NCBI GenBank assembly: GCA_022750455.1
Contig: JAKIVR010000003.1
Span: forward strand, 4,457 to 68,456
DNA: 64,000 nucleotides
Reading direction: 5' to 3'
From: Thermoplasmata archaeon
GTDB lineage: Archaea; Thermoplasmatota; Thermoplasmata; Lutacidiplasmatales; UBA184
The notes under the pieces: model-generated
Databases searched by the model: none
Seen by the model: the letters and a program-made list of their open reading frames with translations, nothing else
Told to the model about the DNA's origin: nothing
In this document: positions 9,696 through 18,973 of the stretch, piece by piece
Layout of the letters: the number at the start of each line of letters is the position of its first letter
How positions within the stretch are numbered: position 1 is the first letter of the stretch
Translations under genes and position numbers: made by a program

Positions 9696-12600
9696 ATGAA
9701 AGCCGGAGCGTGGTCCACCCAGGTCGCCTTCAGTGTGAGCATCGTCGCGATCCTTCTCGCGTGGGGGATCGCCAACTCCGGGATCTCCGCGACCCCCTCT
9801 CCGACCTCGGTCAACCCCGGCGAAAAGATCTCCCTGCCGACGACGAGTTCGCCGAGCACCCACCCCGCCTCCTCCCCGAGTGCTGCCCCCGACACGTCCT
9901 CCGCGACTCCGACGTTCAAGGATTCGAGCGGCTCGCGGGCGGGTCCGACCCCTGCGACGCCTGGCCCCGCGGCCTGCCCCAATCCACCCATCTTCCTCCC
10001 GATGGGAGCCAACAATCTCCTGCCCCCGTACCCGGCGGTCGACAACACCACGAACTGGGTCGACGGGAGCCCCGGCTGCTTCGAGTTCTTCGACACGGTG
10101 CACGACTCGTTCTCCTCTGCCGAGGTTGGCTCCGGCGACCACTTCGAGGTACCGGTCGGACTGCCGGAGAATCCGGCCGGGAACGAATCGACCATCCTGG
10201 TCGACATCAACGTCGGCATGGTGGTTCAGGGCGACTCGAAGTCCCTCGGCGGCCAGTCGTGGGCTGAGGTCTACTTCGTCCCCGAAACCGGCTCCAACGC
10301 CTGGGACGGCTTCCTCGCCGTCTGGTCGGCGACGCAGAGTACCCTGTGGTACTCCCCTCCGTCGGGAGGGAACCCGGCCAGCTGCGGCGGGGAGTCCCAG
10401 GGCGCCGTCTGGACCAGCGGCACGTATTGCATCGTCGACGCCCTCAACGGCGGCGATGGCGAGAGCCTCGGCAGCTTCGCCGGCGGAGATTCGATGCTCG
10501 TCGCCATGGCCGGCACTCCCGCCGCCTCGAGTGGTATGATGGTCTGGGTCAACGACACCACGACCTCCACGGACACGTCGAACCAGCTGTCGGGCACGGA
10601 CACCAGCAGCGACTTCACGTTCACCCCCGCGTTCAAGAGCGCGTGCCTGGATGCGTGCGAACTGAACTGGTCGGGCGAGTTCGGCCTCGGGGTCGGGGTC
10701 GATCTCTGCGACAGCACGATCATCGGTGGCGACTGCTTCTCCTACGACGACTCGTACTGGAATGAGAGCTCCCCGATGGAGATCGGCGTCCCGGAGTACA
10801 TGTCGGGGGGCACCTACTCGGGCCAGTACCTGGTGCTCGCGCCGCAGTCGCTCTCGGGACACTGCTCCGGGGTGAGCACGATGCCCCCCACCGTCGTGCA
10901 ATGCTCGACGCCCGCGCAATCGTTCGGCTTCTATCCGGCGTGGAGCTTCAACGGCACGGGTCTCAACTTCGGCTCCACCTGGCCGTGGTCGATCGTCACC
11001 TGGGGCGGAGGGTTCGTCGAGTTCGGGACGTACGGGGGGCTGACGGACGACATCCCGCTCTTCCCCGACAATCCGGTGAACTCGTCCGATGACGGCTTCA
11101 TCCCCTCGGGGAGCGGCCTGACGGTCCACGCCCGCATCGCCGCGTACGGCACCGTGACCCAGGCGTCCCTGAACTACACCATCAACGGCGCCGGAGGGAA
11201 CAACCTCACGATGACGCTCACCTCGGGGAACACCGAGGATGGGAACTACACCGCTACGATCCCTTCGGGCGCCGACGGCACGATCGCGTTCCGGATCTGG
11301 GCGACGGACCTCGCCGGGGCGATCGTCCCCGGACCGTCCCCGCCCGCCCACGCCTCGATCGTCTACCGGGGCGCGCTCCCCAACTTCCAGGTCTCGGTCC
11401 TCACCACGCAGCCCGGGTGCGGCGGGGTGCTGTTCAACGGCACGGAGTACGCCGGCGGCCAGGTCATCACGACGACCCCCGGGTACTTCTCCCTCCAGGC
11501 GATCGCGTGCTATCCGTTCGTCTTCGCCAACTGGTGGACGTCACCCGGCGTGCAACCTCCCCCCTCGGTGAGCGGGACCGTCGGGATCTCGGCCTCCGGG
11601 ACGTTGCAGGAGAACCAGACGTACATCCGTCCGGACGACTCCGTGACCTTGGACTCGAACCCGAGCGGTTGCGCGGCCGTCTACGTCAACAACACGGACT
11701 ACACCACTCCCCTGGTCGTCCAGCTCCCCGGTCCCGCGATCCCCGGGGGCGTGGCGGAGTACACCCTCGGCGTCGCCGCGTGCGGCGGCTACGACTTCAG
11801 CGGATGGACCGTCGTGAACGCGGAGCCGTCCGCGGGCGGCATCTCGATCCTCGGGAACAACTTCAATCTGACCGGGAACGGGACGATCACGGAGAACTTC
11901 GTCAGCCTCTCCTCGAACCCTGTCGCGCTCGACTTCGACACGATCCCGGCGTCATGCCCGGGGGTCCTGTTCCAGGGGGTCGGGTACGTCAACGGGCAGT
12001 CGCTCGACGTCCTCCCGAACACCCCGTACGCGATCCACCAGGACCCGTGCGCGCACTACGGGTTCACGAACTTCTCGCTGACGAACGGGCTGACGATTGG
12101 CGACGGCAGCGTCACGGCGGCCCAAGGCGGGATCGTGACGGAGAACAACTACCACCTGACGCAGGTGACGCTCCTCACCCACCCGGCGGCGTGCGGGACC
12201 GTTGATTGGGACGGGGTCGACTACGCGAGCGGCAGCCCCGACTCCGACCTCAACCTGACCAACCACACCGTGCACACCGCGATCGGGGAGCCGTGCGCCG
12301 GCTACTACTTCATCGGCTTCCTCGCGATGGGCGGCGTCTCGGTGCTCGGCAACACCGTCTACGTCAACGCCTCGGGCTCGCTCCAGGCCGACTTCCTGAG
12401 CGGCAGTCCGAACGTCTTCGTCGGATTCCTCACCTCCCCGCCGTCGTGCGGCTCGATCTACCTCGAGGGCCAACAGTACAACAATAGCCAGTACACCCAC
12501 GTCGGGCCCGGCACCGTGTTCACCATCACCGCCGTCGCCTGCACCGACTATGGGTTCGTGTCGTGGATCACCAACTCCGGGGCGACGAACGGGATCTCCA

Positions 12601-13628
12601 TCGTCGCCGGGACCGCGTACATCAACGCGAGCGGCTCCATCGAGGCGCTGTTCGAGCCGCTGGTCGCGCTCGACCTGTACACCATCCCGACGTCGTGCGG
12701 GAACGTCGCGCGGGGCGGCGGCGTCAACCTGAACGGCGTCGCCTACGGCAACGGGGCGGTCGTGCAGGTCCCCGAAGGGAAGTCGTACCCGCTCAGCGCC
12801 GGCAGCTGCGCCGGCTACGTCTTCAGCGACTGGCAGAACAGCACCGGCAGCGAGCTCTCCCCGGGCCAGGTCACGGTCACCGGCCCCGCGATCCTCACGG
12901 CGGTGTTCATCCCGGCTCACTTTGCCGTCACGGTCCTCTTGGGCGGGGTCAGCTGCGGGAGCGTCGAGCTCGACCATCAGGGGTTCGGCAACAACTCGAC
13001 GGTCCTGCTGCTCAACGGGTCGTACTCGATCTCGGCCGCGCCGTGCGCCGGCGAGCAGTTGCTCGGCTGGAACACGACCGGGGGGCTCAACGTCACCAAC
13101 GGGACGATCCGCGTCCTCGGACCCGGGATCGTCACCGCGGAGTACGGCTACATCCCGCTCGCGATTTCGCTCTCCGGAGCGAACAGCTCGTACACGCAGA
13201 CGCTCATCCTGTTCGAAGTGACGGTCGGCTCGCCGATCCCGCCGTACACCTACAACTACACGTGGAACTTCGGGGACGGGACGACGTATACCACCCCCGC
13301 GAACTTCACGAGCCACGCCTATGCGTCGTCCGGGACGTACACGGTCAAGGTCTCCGTCGAGGACCCGCAACACCGCGTCGCCACCCAGTCGATGACCGTC
13401 ATCGTGACGAGCCCGCCTCCGCTGAGCGGCCTGTCGCTGAGCGACACCGAGATCGCCATCTTGATCGGTGTGATCGCGCTGTTCGTCGTCGCGATCCTGA
13501 TCGTCCAGCGCCGCCAGAACACCGGCGGCTCCCCGGACGGCGAGGACGGTAGTTCTTCGACCGCAAATGCTCAAGAACTAGTGGGGTCATCGCCCCCGCC
13601 TCCCGTCGAAGACGAATCGACTCCCTAA
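9696..13628 (+). CDS. Large surface glycoprotein with seven Cys-paired InlB-B-like repeats, a PKD domain and a C-terminal TM anchor
   Basis: Signal peptide; about 80-aa repeats PxxCG...Y...C.GY.F..W; PKD motif YTWNFGDG...HAYASSGTYTVKVSV; TM near C-terminus. Confidence 0.8.
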   Translation: MKAGAWSTQVAFSVSIVAILLAWGIANSGISATPSPTSVNPGEKISLPTTSSPSTHPASSPSAAPDTSSATPTFKDSSGSRAGPTPATPGPAACPNPPIFLPMGANNLLPPYPAVDNTTNWVDGSPGCFEFFDTVHDSFSSAEVGSGDHFEVPVGLPENPAGNESTILVDINVGMVVQGDSKSLGGQSWAEVYFVPETGSNAWDGFLAVWSATQSTLWYSPPSGGNPASCGGESQGAVWTSGTYCIVDALNGGDGESLGSFAGGDSMLVAMAGTPAASSGMMVWVNDTTTSTDTSNQLSGTDTSSDFTFTPAFKSACLDACELNWSGEFGLGVGVDLCDSTIIGGDCFSYDDSYWNESSPMEIGVPEYMSGGTYSGQYLVLAPQSLSGHCSGVSTMPPTVVQCSTPAQSFGFYPAWSFNGTGLNFGSTWPWSIVTWGGGFVEFGTYGGLTDDIPLFPDNPVNSSDDGFIPSGSGLTVHARIAAYGTVTQASLNYTINGAGGNNLTMTLTSGNTEDGNYTATIPSGADGTIAFRIWATDLAGAIVPGPSPPAHASIVYRGALPNFQVSVLTTQPGCGGVLFNGTEYAGGQVITTTPGYFSLQAIACYPFVFANWWTSPGVQPPPSVSGTVGISASGTLQENQTYIRPDDSVTLDSNPSGCAAVYVNNTDYTTPLVVQLPGPAIPGGVAEYTLGVAACGGYDFSGWTVVNAEPSAGGISILGNNFNLTGNGTITENFVSLSSNPVALDFDTIPASCPGVLFQGVGYVNGQSLDVLPNTPYAIHQDPCAHYGFTNFSLTNGLTIGDGSVTAAQGGIVTENNYHLTQVTLLTHPAACGTVDWDGVDYASGSPDSDLNLTNHTVHTAIGEPCAGYYFIGFLAMGGVSVLGNTVYVNASGSLQADFLSGSPNVFVGFLTSPPSCGSIYLEGQQYNNSQYTHVGPGTVFTITAVACTDYGFVSWITNSGATNGISIVAGTAYINASGSIEALFEPLVALDLYTIPTSCGNVARGGGVNLNGVAYGNGAVVQVPEGKSYPLSAGSCAGYVFSDWQNSTGSELSPGQVTVTGPAILTAVFIPAHFAVTVLLGGVSCGSVELDHQGFGNNSTVLLLNGSYSISAAPCAGEQLLGWNTTGGLNVTNGTIRVLGPGIVTAEYGYIPLAISLSGANSSYTQTLILFEVTVGSPIPPYTYNYTWNFGDGTTYTTPANFTSHAYASSGTYTVKVSVEDPQHRVATQSMTVIVTSPPPLSGLSLSDTEIAILIGVIALFVVAILIVQRRQNTGGSPDGEDGSSSTANAQELVGSSPPPPVEDESTP

Positions 13629-13639
13629 GAGGAACCACA

Positions 13640-16600
13640 ATGATCGAGAATGGCCCGCAAGAGCACCTGTCGACGACGAACGCAACCCCGGCCGCGGCCG
13701 CTGGGAACTCCCGACGCCTCATGGCCGTCGCGTTGGCGGGGATGTTCATCGCCTCCACGGTGTTGATCTTCGCCATCACCGGAGTCCCGTTCGCCTCGAC
13801 GACGCACGCGGCTCCCCAGCCGGGGATGCCGTTCGCCGAGCCGCAGTCGATGGCGCACGCCGTCTCGCGGGGGGCGTCCCCATCGGCCGCCGCCCCAACG
13901 ACCACGACGCCCCTGGCCAGCTCGGCCGGTGCGAGTTTTCCCGTGGGTCCTTCCTTCCTGCACAGCGCCCCCTCCGCGAGCCTCTCTCCCCATAGCCTCC
14001 TCCCGGCCGGCGTGACGTTGCCCTCGACCGACAAGAGCTCGACCTCTTCGAGCCCGACCTCTTCGAGCCCGACCTCTTTCGGCCCCGTATCGGAGGACGC
14101 CTCGACGTCCCAGAACTGGTACGTGAACAACTGGTCGAGCGACTCCCAGGTGATCCAGGTCGGAGCGAGCAACCAATCGCTCGCCCTGACGGGGACGAGC
14201 GTAAACGGCCTCAACGGCTCGTATTTCTTCTACCAGCACGGCTTCACCTACGTCAGCACCACCTCGAACGGCGGTAAGACGTGGAAGACGACCTGGCCCG
14301 GCCAGGCGTCCGCGTGGACCGCGACTCCCTCCGCTCCCGCCTACGGGGACGTGAACGACGGATCCTCGGCGATCGCCTCCGACAGCACGGGGGACCTGTT
14401 CCTCGTCTCCACGTACGCCCAGGTCTGCTACGCGGATTACTACGGCCTGGACGAGTGGGAGAGCAACAACGGCATCGTCCCCTCCACGTATTGCAACTCC
14501 ACCGTCAACATCAGCGCGCCCGAAGGGTACTCGTTCGACGAGATGCCCGCCGGCGGCGGCTGGGCGGCCCCGACGGAGATCGACTCGTTCCAGCCGCTCG
14601 TATACGAGCAGCTCGACTTTGGCGGCTGCCCGAAGACGAATGAGCTCGTGTTCGGGAACTTCACCTACGGCTCGCCCCAGATCTTCTCGAGCGCGAACGG
14701 CCAGGACCTCTCGGTCGTCGTGCAGATCCTCAGTTTCGTGGATTCGGCGTGGACGTGCTCCGACAGCGCCTACAGCTCCGGCGGCACGGTCACCTTGGGC
14801 ACGTATTCGAGCTACTCCACCGACGGGGGCGCCTCTTGGTCGACCGTGACGAGCATCGGCGGGAACTACACGCCGTTCTCGACCGGCGCCTACAACACCC
14901 TCAACGGGGACGAGTACGACGCGTGGTTCGACGGCGACAACTCCACCGCGTGGGTCGATCAACCGCAGACGACCGACCAGACGAGCATCGCCTTCGCTCG
15001 GAGCACCGACAACGGGGCGACGTGGTCGACCCCGGGGGACATCGACGGCACGCTTCTCGTGAACTTCGACAACACCACCGCCTCCCCGTTCGTGGCGATC
15101 GGCAACCTGCCGTGGAGCAACCAGGCGCCGTCGCTCACAGTCGACAACTGGACCTCGTCGCCGTACTCCGGCAACCTCTACGTCGCCTTCGGAGACAACC
15201 GGACGGCGGTCGACCCGACCTCGGGCACCGGCGACCCGAGCGTGCGAATCGTCGTCTCCTCGGACAACGGCGTCTCGTGGGGCACCCCCGTCAATGTGAC
15301 GCCGGACTGCTTGGTGACCCCCGCCGACTGTGGCGGCGCCGCCGTCGTCTTCTATACGCCCCAGGTCGCGGTGACCCCGAACGGCAACGTCTGGGTCACG
15401 GTCATGGGATACGACACCTCCAGCGCCTCGACCCAGGAGTGGGTGCTCGTATCGACCGACGCGGGAGCGACGTGGTCGAGCCCGTTCGCGGTCTCCGACA
15501 CCGCGACCGCGATCGGCACCACGGTCGCGTTCCTGTACGACAACAATCCGCTGATCGCCCCGTACTTCACCGGGCCGGGTCTCGGCTTCCCGTGGGGGAA
15601 CGGGAACATCTTCCTCGGTCCTTCGTGGAACTACATCACAACGGGGACCCCCGGGTTCCAAGAGCCGACCGACGGGGCGGCCCCGGCGATCAACGGGATC
15701 GTGGCGACGACCGAAGGCCTGTTCAGCACCTGGACCGACTGCCGGGACGCGTCGAACTGCCTCACGGGGACCGGCAACTCCTCGATCTTCGCGGCGTACG
15801 TCTTGGGTCTGACCGTGAACGCCTCGGGCGCGAACGGCTTTGGGCCGCTCTCGGCGAGCGTCGCCATCAACTCCCTCGGGTCGGGCGTGACGGTCGACGT
15901 GACGCCCTCCCAGTCCGGACTCGTCGCCTTGGACGAGGGCGCGACGGTCTCGGCGCAGACCGCGTCGTCGATGTCGTACAACGCGACGTTCCTGCTCGGC
16001 TTCCAGGAGTTCAGCGGTGGGACGATCGACACGCTCTCCAATCCCGGTACGGGGACGGTCAGCAGTTCGAGCAGCCAGATCGAAGCGATCTTCACCCCCG
16101 AGCCCGCGGGATGGATCAACGGCACCGTGACGCCGACCTCGGCGAACCCGAAGGTCTACCTCAACGACGTCCAGGTGACCGACCTGCAGGTGCTGGGGCA
16201 CTCGTACTGGTTCAATGAGACCGTGCTCGCCGGCTCCTCCTACACCGTCTCGGCGACCGCGACCGATTACAACTCGACGTCCGCGCAGTGCCTGGTGAAC
16301 GCCTTCACGGTCTGCACGACGAGCCTCGTCCTCGTGCCCGAGGCCGGCTATCTGAACGACACGATCACGGCGGCGACCGGCGGGGTCCCCCAGGGATTGA
16401 CCGTGACGCTCGAGTCGTTGTCGGGCGTGAGCTATCCGTTCTCGGTGTCGCCGACCTCCGGTCTCTTCCATCTCGAAGCGCCGTGGGGGCCGTACTGGCT
16501 GAACGCCACCGCGACCGGGATGACGAGCTACTCGGGGACGATCACCCTACCCCCCGGCACCTCGGGGAGCCTGCACAACCTCGTGCTGTACGGCAGTCAC

Positions 16601-17332
16601 ATCGATGGCACGCTCGCCCCGATCAACTCGATCGTCAAGATCAATGGCATCCTGTTGGGACCGGGCAACGGCAACTACACCGATGACTCGTACAACTGGA
16701 GCGGCCTCGCGGGCACGTACAAGGTGACGGCGTCGGACGCCGGCTACAGTGTCTTCAGCCAGAACGTGACGGTCGCGGCAGGACAGAACCTGAGCGGGCT
16801 CAACATCATCCTCGTCAACCACGGCTGGTTCGTCGGGACGGTCTCCCCGGCGACGGCGACGATCCTGGTCGGCAAGAGCTTCGTGACGGTCGAGAGCGGG
16901 AAGTTCAACCAGTCGTTCCCGACGGGAGTCTACGCGGTGACGGTCGAGGCCGCGGGATACACCGCGAACAACACCAACGCGAACATCACCCCGGGGAACG
17001 CGACGCCGTTCATCTTCATCCTGAAGACGAGTGGCACGAACCCCCAGAACTGCACGAACGATCCGCAATTGGCGAACTGCTCGAAGCAAGGAACGAATAC
17101 CTCGGTCGCCCCCGCTAACAACAACGCCCTCATCGAAGAAGCGGGGATCGGCCTCCTCATCGTGATCGTCGTGATCCTCGCGGCGGTGATGCTCATGCGG
17201 AGCGGTAAGGGCGGCCGCGGCGGCCAGCAACAGTGGGACGACGGGCAGGGCAGCTCCTCGACCGCCGCTGGCAACTCGGGCGACACCATGTCCGTCAACG
17301 ACGGCACGTCGGGCGGACCCGGAACCAACTGA
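13640..17332 (+). CDS. Surface protein with sialidase-like Asp-box (BNR) beta-propeller, carboxypeptidase-regulatory/PEGA-like stalk and C-terminal TM
   Basis: Five Asp-boxes (TSNGGKTW, STDGGASW, STDNGATW, SSDNGVSW, STDAGATW); G.Y.VT.S..GY repeats; TM then low-complexity tail. Confidence 0.8.
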   Translation: MIENGPQEHLSTTNATPAAAAGNSRRLMAVALAGMFIASTVLIFAITGVPFASTTHAAPQPGMPFAEPQSMAHAVSRGASPSAAAPTTTTPLASSAGASFPVGPSFLHSAPSASLSPHSLLPAGVTLPSTDKSSTSSSPTSSSPTSFGPVSEDASTSQNWYVNNWSSDSQVIQVGASNQSLALTGTSVNGLNGSYFFYQHGFTYVSTTSNGGKTWKTTWPGQASAWTATPSAPAYGDVNDGSSAIASDSTGDLFLVSTYAQVCYADYYGLDEWESNNGIVPSTYCNSTVNISAPEGYSFDEMPAGGGWAAPTEIDSFQPLVYEQLDFGGCPKTNELVFGNFTYGSPQIFSSANGQDLSVVVQILSFVDSAWTCSDSAYSSGGTVTLGTYSSYSTDGGASWSTVTSIGGNYTPFSTGAYNTLNGDEYDAWFDGDNSTAWVDQPQTTDQTSIAFARSTDNGATWSTPGDIDGTLLVNFDNTTASPFVAIGNLPWSNQAPSLTVDNWTSSPYSGNLYVAFGDNRTAVDPTSGTGDPSVRIVVSSDNGVSWGTPVNVTPDCLVTPADCGGAAVVFYTPQVAVTPNGNVWVTVMGYDTSSASTQEWVLVSTDAGATWSSPFAVSDTATAIGTTVAFLYDNNPLIAPYFTGPGLGFPWGNGNIFLGPSWNYITTGTPGFQEPTDGAAPAINGIVATTEGLFSTWTDCRDASNCLTGTGNSSIFAAYVLGLTVNASGANGFGPLSASVAINSLGSGVTVDVTPSQSGLVALDEGATVSAQTASSMSYNATFLLGFQEFSGGTIDTLSNPGTGTVSSSSSQIEAIFTPEPAGWINGTVTPTSANPKVYLNDVQVTDLQVLGHSYWFNETVLAGSSYTVSATATDYNSTSAQCLVNAFTVCTTSLVLVPEAGYLNDTITAATGGVPQGLTVTLESLSGVSYPFSVSPTSGLFHLEAPWGPYWLNATATGMTSYSGTITLPPGTSGSLHNLVLYGSHIDGTLAPINSIVKINGILLGPGNGNYTDDSYNWSGLAGTYKVTASDAGYSVFSQNVTVAAGQNLSGLNIILVNHGWFVGTVSPATATILVGKSFVTVESGKFNQSFPTGVYAVTVEAAGYTANNTNANITPGNATPFIFILKTSGTNPQNCTNDPQLANCSKQGTNTSVAPANNNALIEEAGIGLLIVIVVILAAVMLMRSGKGGRGGQQQWDDGQGSSSTAAGNSGDTMSVNDGTSGGPGTN
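14040..14084 (+). repeat. In-frame 15-bp tandem repeat (CGACCTCTTCGAGCC x2 plus one degenerate copy) encoding a TSSSP linker
   Basis: Read directly from sequence. Confidence 0.8.
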
Positions 17333-17343
17333 GACCGGTGGAA

Positions 17344-17400
17344 GCCCTCTTCGAGGGCGACGGTTCAACCCCTTCCTACCTTTCTTTCCTTCTCTTCTCT
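17344..17400 (+). terminator. Putative terminator: GCCCTC-TTC-GAGGGC hairpin followed by a long pyrimidine tract
   Basis: Immediately downstream of the 17332 stop; CCTTCCTACCTTTCTTTCCTTCTCTTCTCT tract. Confidence 0.55.
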
Positions 17401-17554
17401 GGGACCGAGCGTGGGCGGAGTCCGAACGTCCCCGGAGCGTTCGCGCCGTCGAGGTTTGCGCGCCGTGGACCGGAGACGACGAGGCCCGCGGCAAAAGTAG
17501 ATATGGCTCGGTCCATTCGACGTTCTTGGCCGGAGGACTTTTCCGGCGCTGTCC

Positions 17555-18970
17555 ATGGAAGGGGAAGGCACCGACCGGCCGCGTTTGGAGAAGCTTCCCG
17601 ACACGGCGAGAATGAGTCCCGGTTCCACCGGGTCGTACACGGACCGTGCCTCCGCCCCCGCTCTCCCGATCCCGGAACCGCCCTCTCGAACTCCCCCCTC
17701 CTCCAGCACGAATGTCATTGACGCCGTGCTCCGGGGCAAGTCCGACCTCTTCTTTGGGAGTCGAGAGATCCTTCGCGAGTCGTACGTCCCGGCCCGATTG
17801 CCCCACCGGGAGGAGCAGACGCGCAAGGTGGCGGAGATCCTCGTCCCCGCGCTCCGGGGCGACTTGCCTTCGAACCTCTTGATCTACGGGAAGATCGGGA
17901 CCGGCAAGACCGTCGTCGTCCAGCAAGTGCGCCACGAGTTCCAGCGACGCCCTGAGGCGGAGGGGAAGGTCACGTTCCTCGCGGTCAACTGCGCCACGAT
18001 CGACACCCCGTACTCGCTCCTCCAGACGATCGGAAACTCCCTCGCACCGACGGAGTCCGACCGGATCCCGACCGGGTGGTCCCTCGATCGGGTCCACACC
18101 GCGCTCCGCGACCAGATCGACCGCAAGGGCGGGATCTACCTGCTCGTCCTCGACGAGATCGACCGTCTCGTCGCGCGGAGCGGGGATGGCGTGCTCTACA
18201 CGCTCGCCCAGATCAACACCGAGCTCAGCCGTTCGCGGGTCGCCCTCATCGGGATCTCCAACGACCTGAAGTTCACGAGCCACCTCGATGCGAGGGTCCG
18301 CAGCCGGCTCAACGAGGAGAAGCTGGTCTTTCCCCCCTACGACGCCGCCATGCTCGAGGACATCCTCCAGGACCGGGCGAAGGAAGTCTTCCGCGAGGGT
18401 GTCGTCGACTCCGGGGTCATCAAGCGGTGCGCCGCCTACGCCACGCTCGAGAGCGGTGACGCCCGCCGGGCGCTTGCCCTGTTGCGTCTCGCCGCCGAGA
18501 TCGCGGAGCGGGAGCACGCGAAACGGATCACGTCCGAGCACGTGGTCAAGGCGAAGAGTCGCCTGGAGCTCGACATCATCGCCGAGTGCTGCCGGACCCT
18601 CCCCTCCCAGTGCAAGATCCTGCTCTACTCGATCCTGCAGATGTACGAGAGGCGGCGCGCCGGCGTGCTGACGGGCGAAGTGTACGAGGCGTATTCGCGT
18701 CTCTGCCAGCGCCTTGGGCTCGAGCCCCTCCACTCCCGCAGCATCTCGAACTATCTCTCCGAGCTCGAGAACCTTGGCCTGATCCGAGCGGTCGTCGTCT
18801 CGCGAGGACGGGGCGGCCGGACCCGGGAGATCGTCGTGGACGTGCCGATCGCCGAGACGTTCCCGGCGCTCGCCGAGGACCCTCTCCTCGCCCCCCTCGT
18901 CCGCCCTCGAGGCCCGGGCCAGACGATCCTCACCAACTTCGACAATCCGGATCGGACCTTCACGGCGTGA
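17555..18970 (+). CDS. cdc6: Orc1/Cdc6 replication initiator
   Basis: YVPARLPHREEQ, Walker A GKIGTGKT, Walker B LVLDEID, LIGISND, FPPY, GDARRAL, C-terminal wHTH with RGRGGRTR; real start may be ATG 17612. Confidence 0.95.
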   Translation: MEGEGTDRPRLEKLPDTARMSPGSTGSYTDRASAPALPIPEPPSRTPPSSSTNVIDAVLRGKSDLFFGSREILRESYVPARLPHREEQTRKVAEILVPALRGDLPSNLLIYGKIGTGKTVVVQQVRHEFQRRPEAEGKVTFLAVNCATIDTPYSLLQTIGNSLAPTESDRIPTGWSLDRVHTALRDQIDRKGGIYLLVLDEIDRLVARSGDGVLYTLAQINTELSRSRVALIGISNDLKFTSHLDARVRSRLNEEKLVFPPYDAAMLEDILQDRAKEVFREGVVDSGVIKRCAAYATLESGDARRALALLRLAAEIAEREHAKRITSEHVVKAKSRLELDIIAECCRTLPSQCKILLYSILQMYERRRAGVLTGEVYEAYSRLCQRLGLEPLHSRSISNYLSELENLGLIRAVVVSRGRGGRTREIVVDVPIAETFPALAEDPLLAPLVRPRGPGQTILTNFDNPDRTFTA

Positions 18971-18973
18971 CTC

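Noticed and set aside
13640-17332. Calling the Asp-box protein an active sialidase
   Set aside because: Asp-boxes indicate the fold only; no FRIP motif or arginine triad was recognised
17355-17376. tRNA T-arm-like GGTTCAACCCC
   Set aside because: No cloverleaf, D-arm or acceptor stem could be built
17333-17554. Replication origin next to cdc6
   Set aside because: Only a weak ORB-like ACCGGTGGAAG; no repeated ORBs, G-string or AT-rich unwinding element; the features fit a terminator plus promoter
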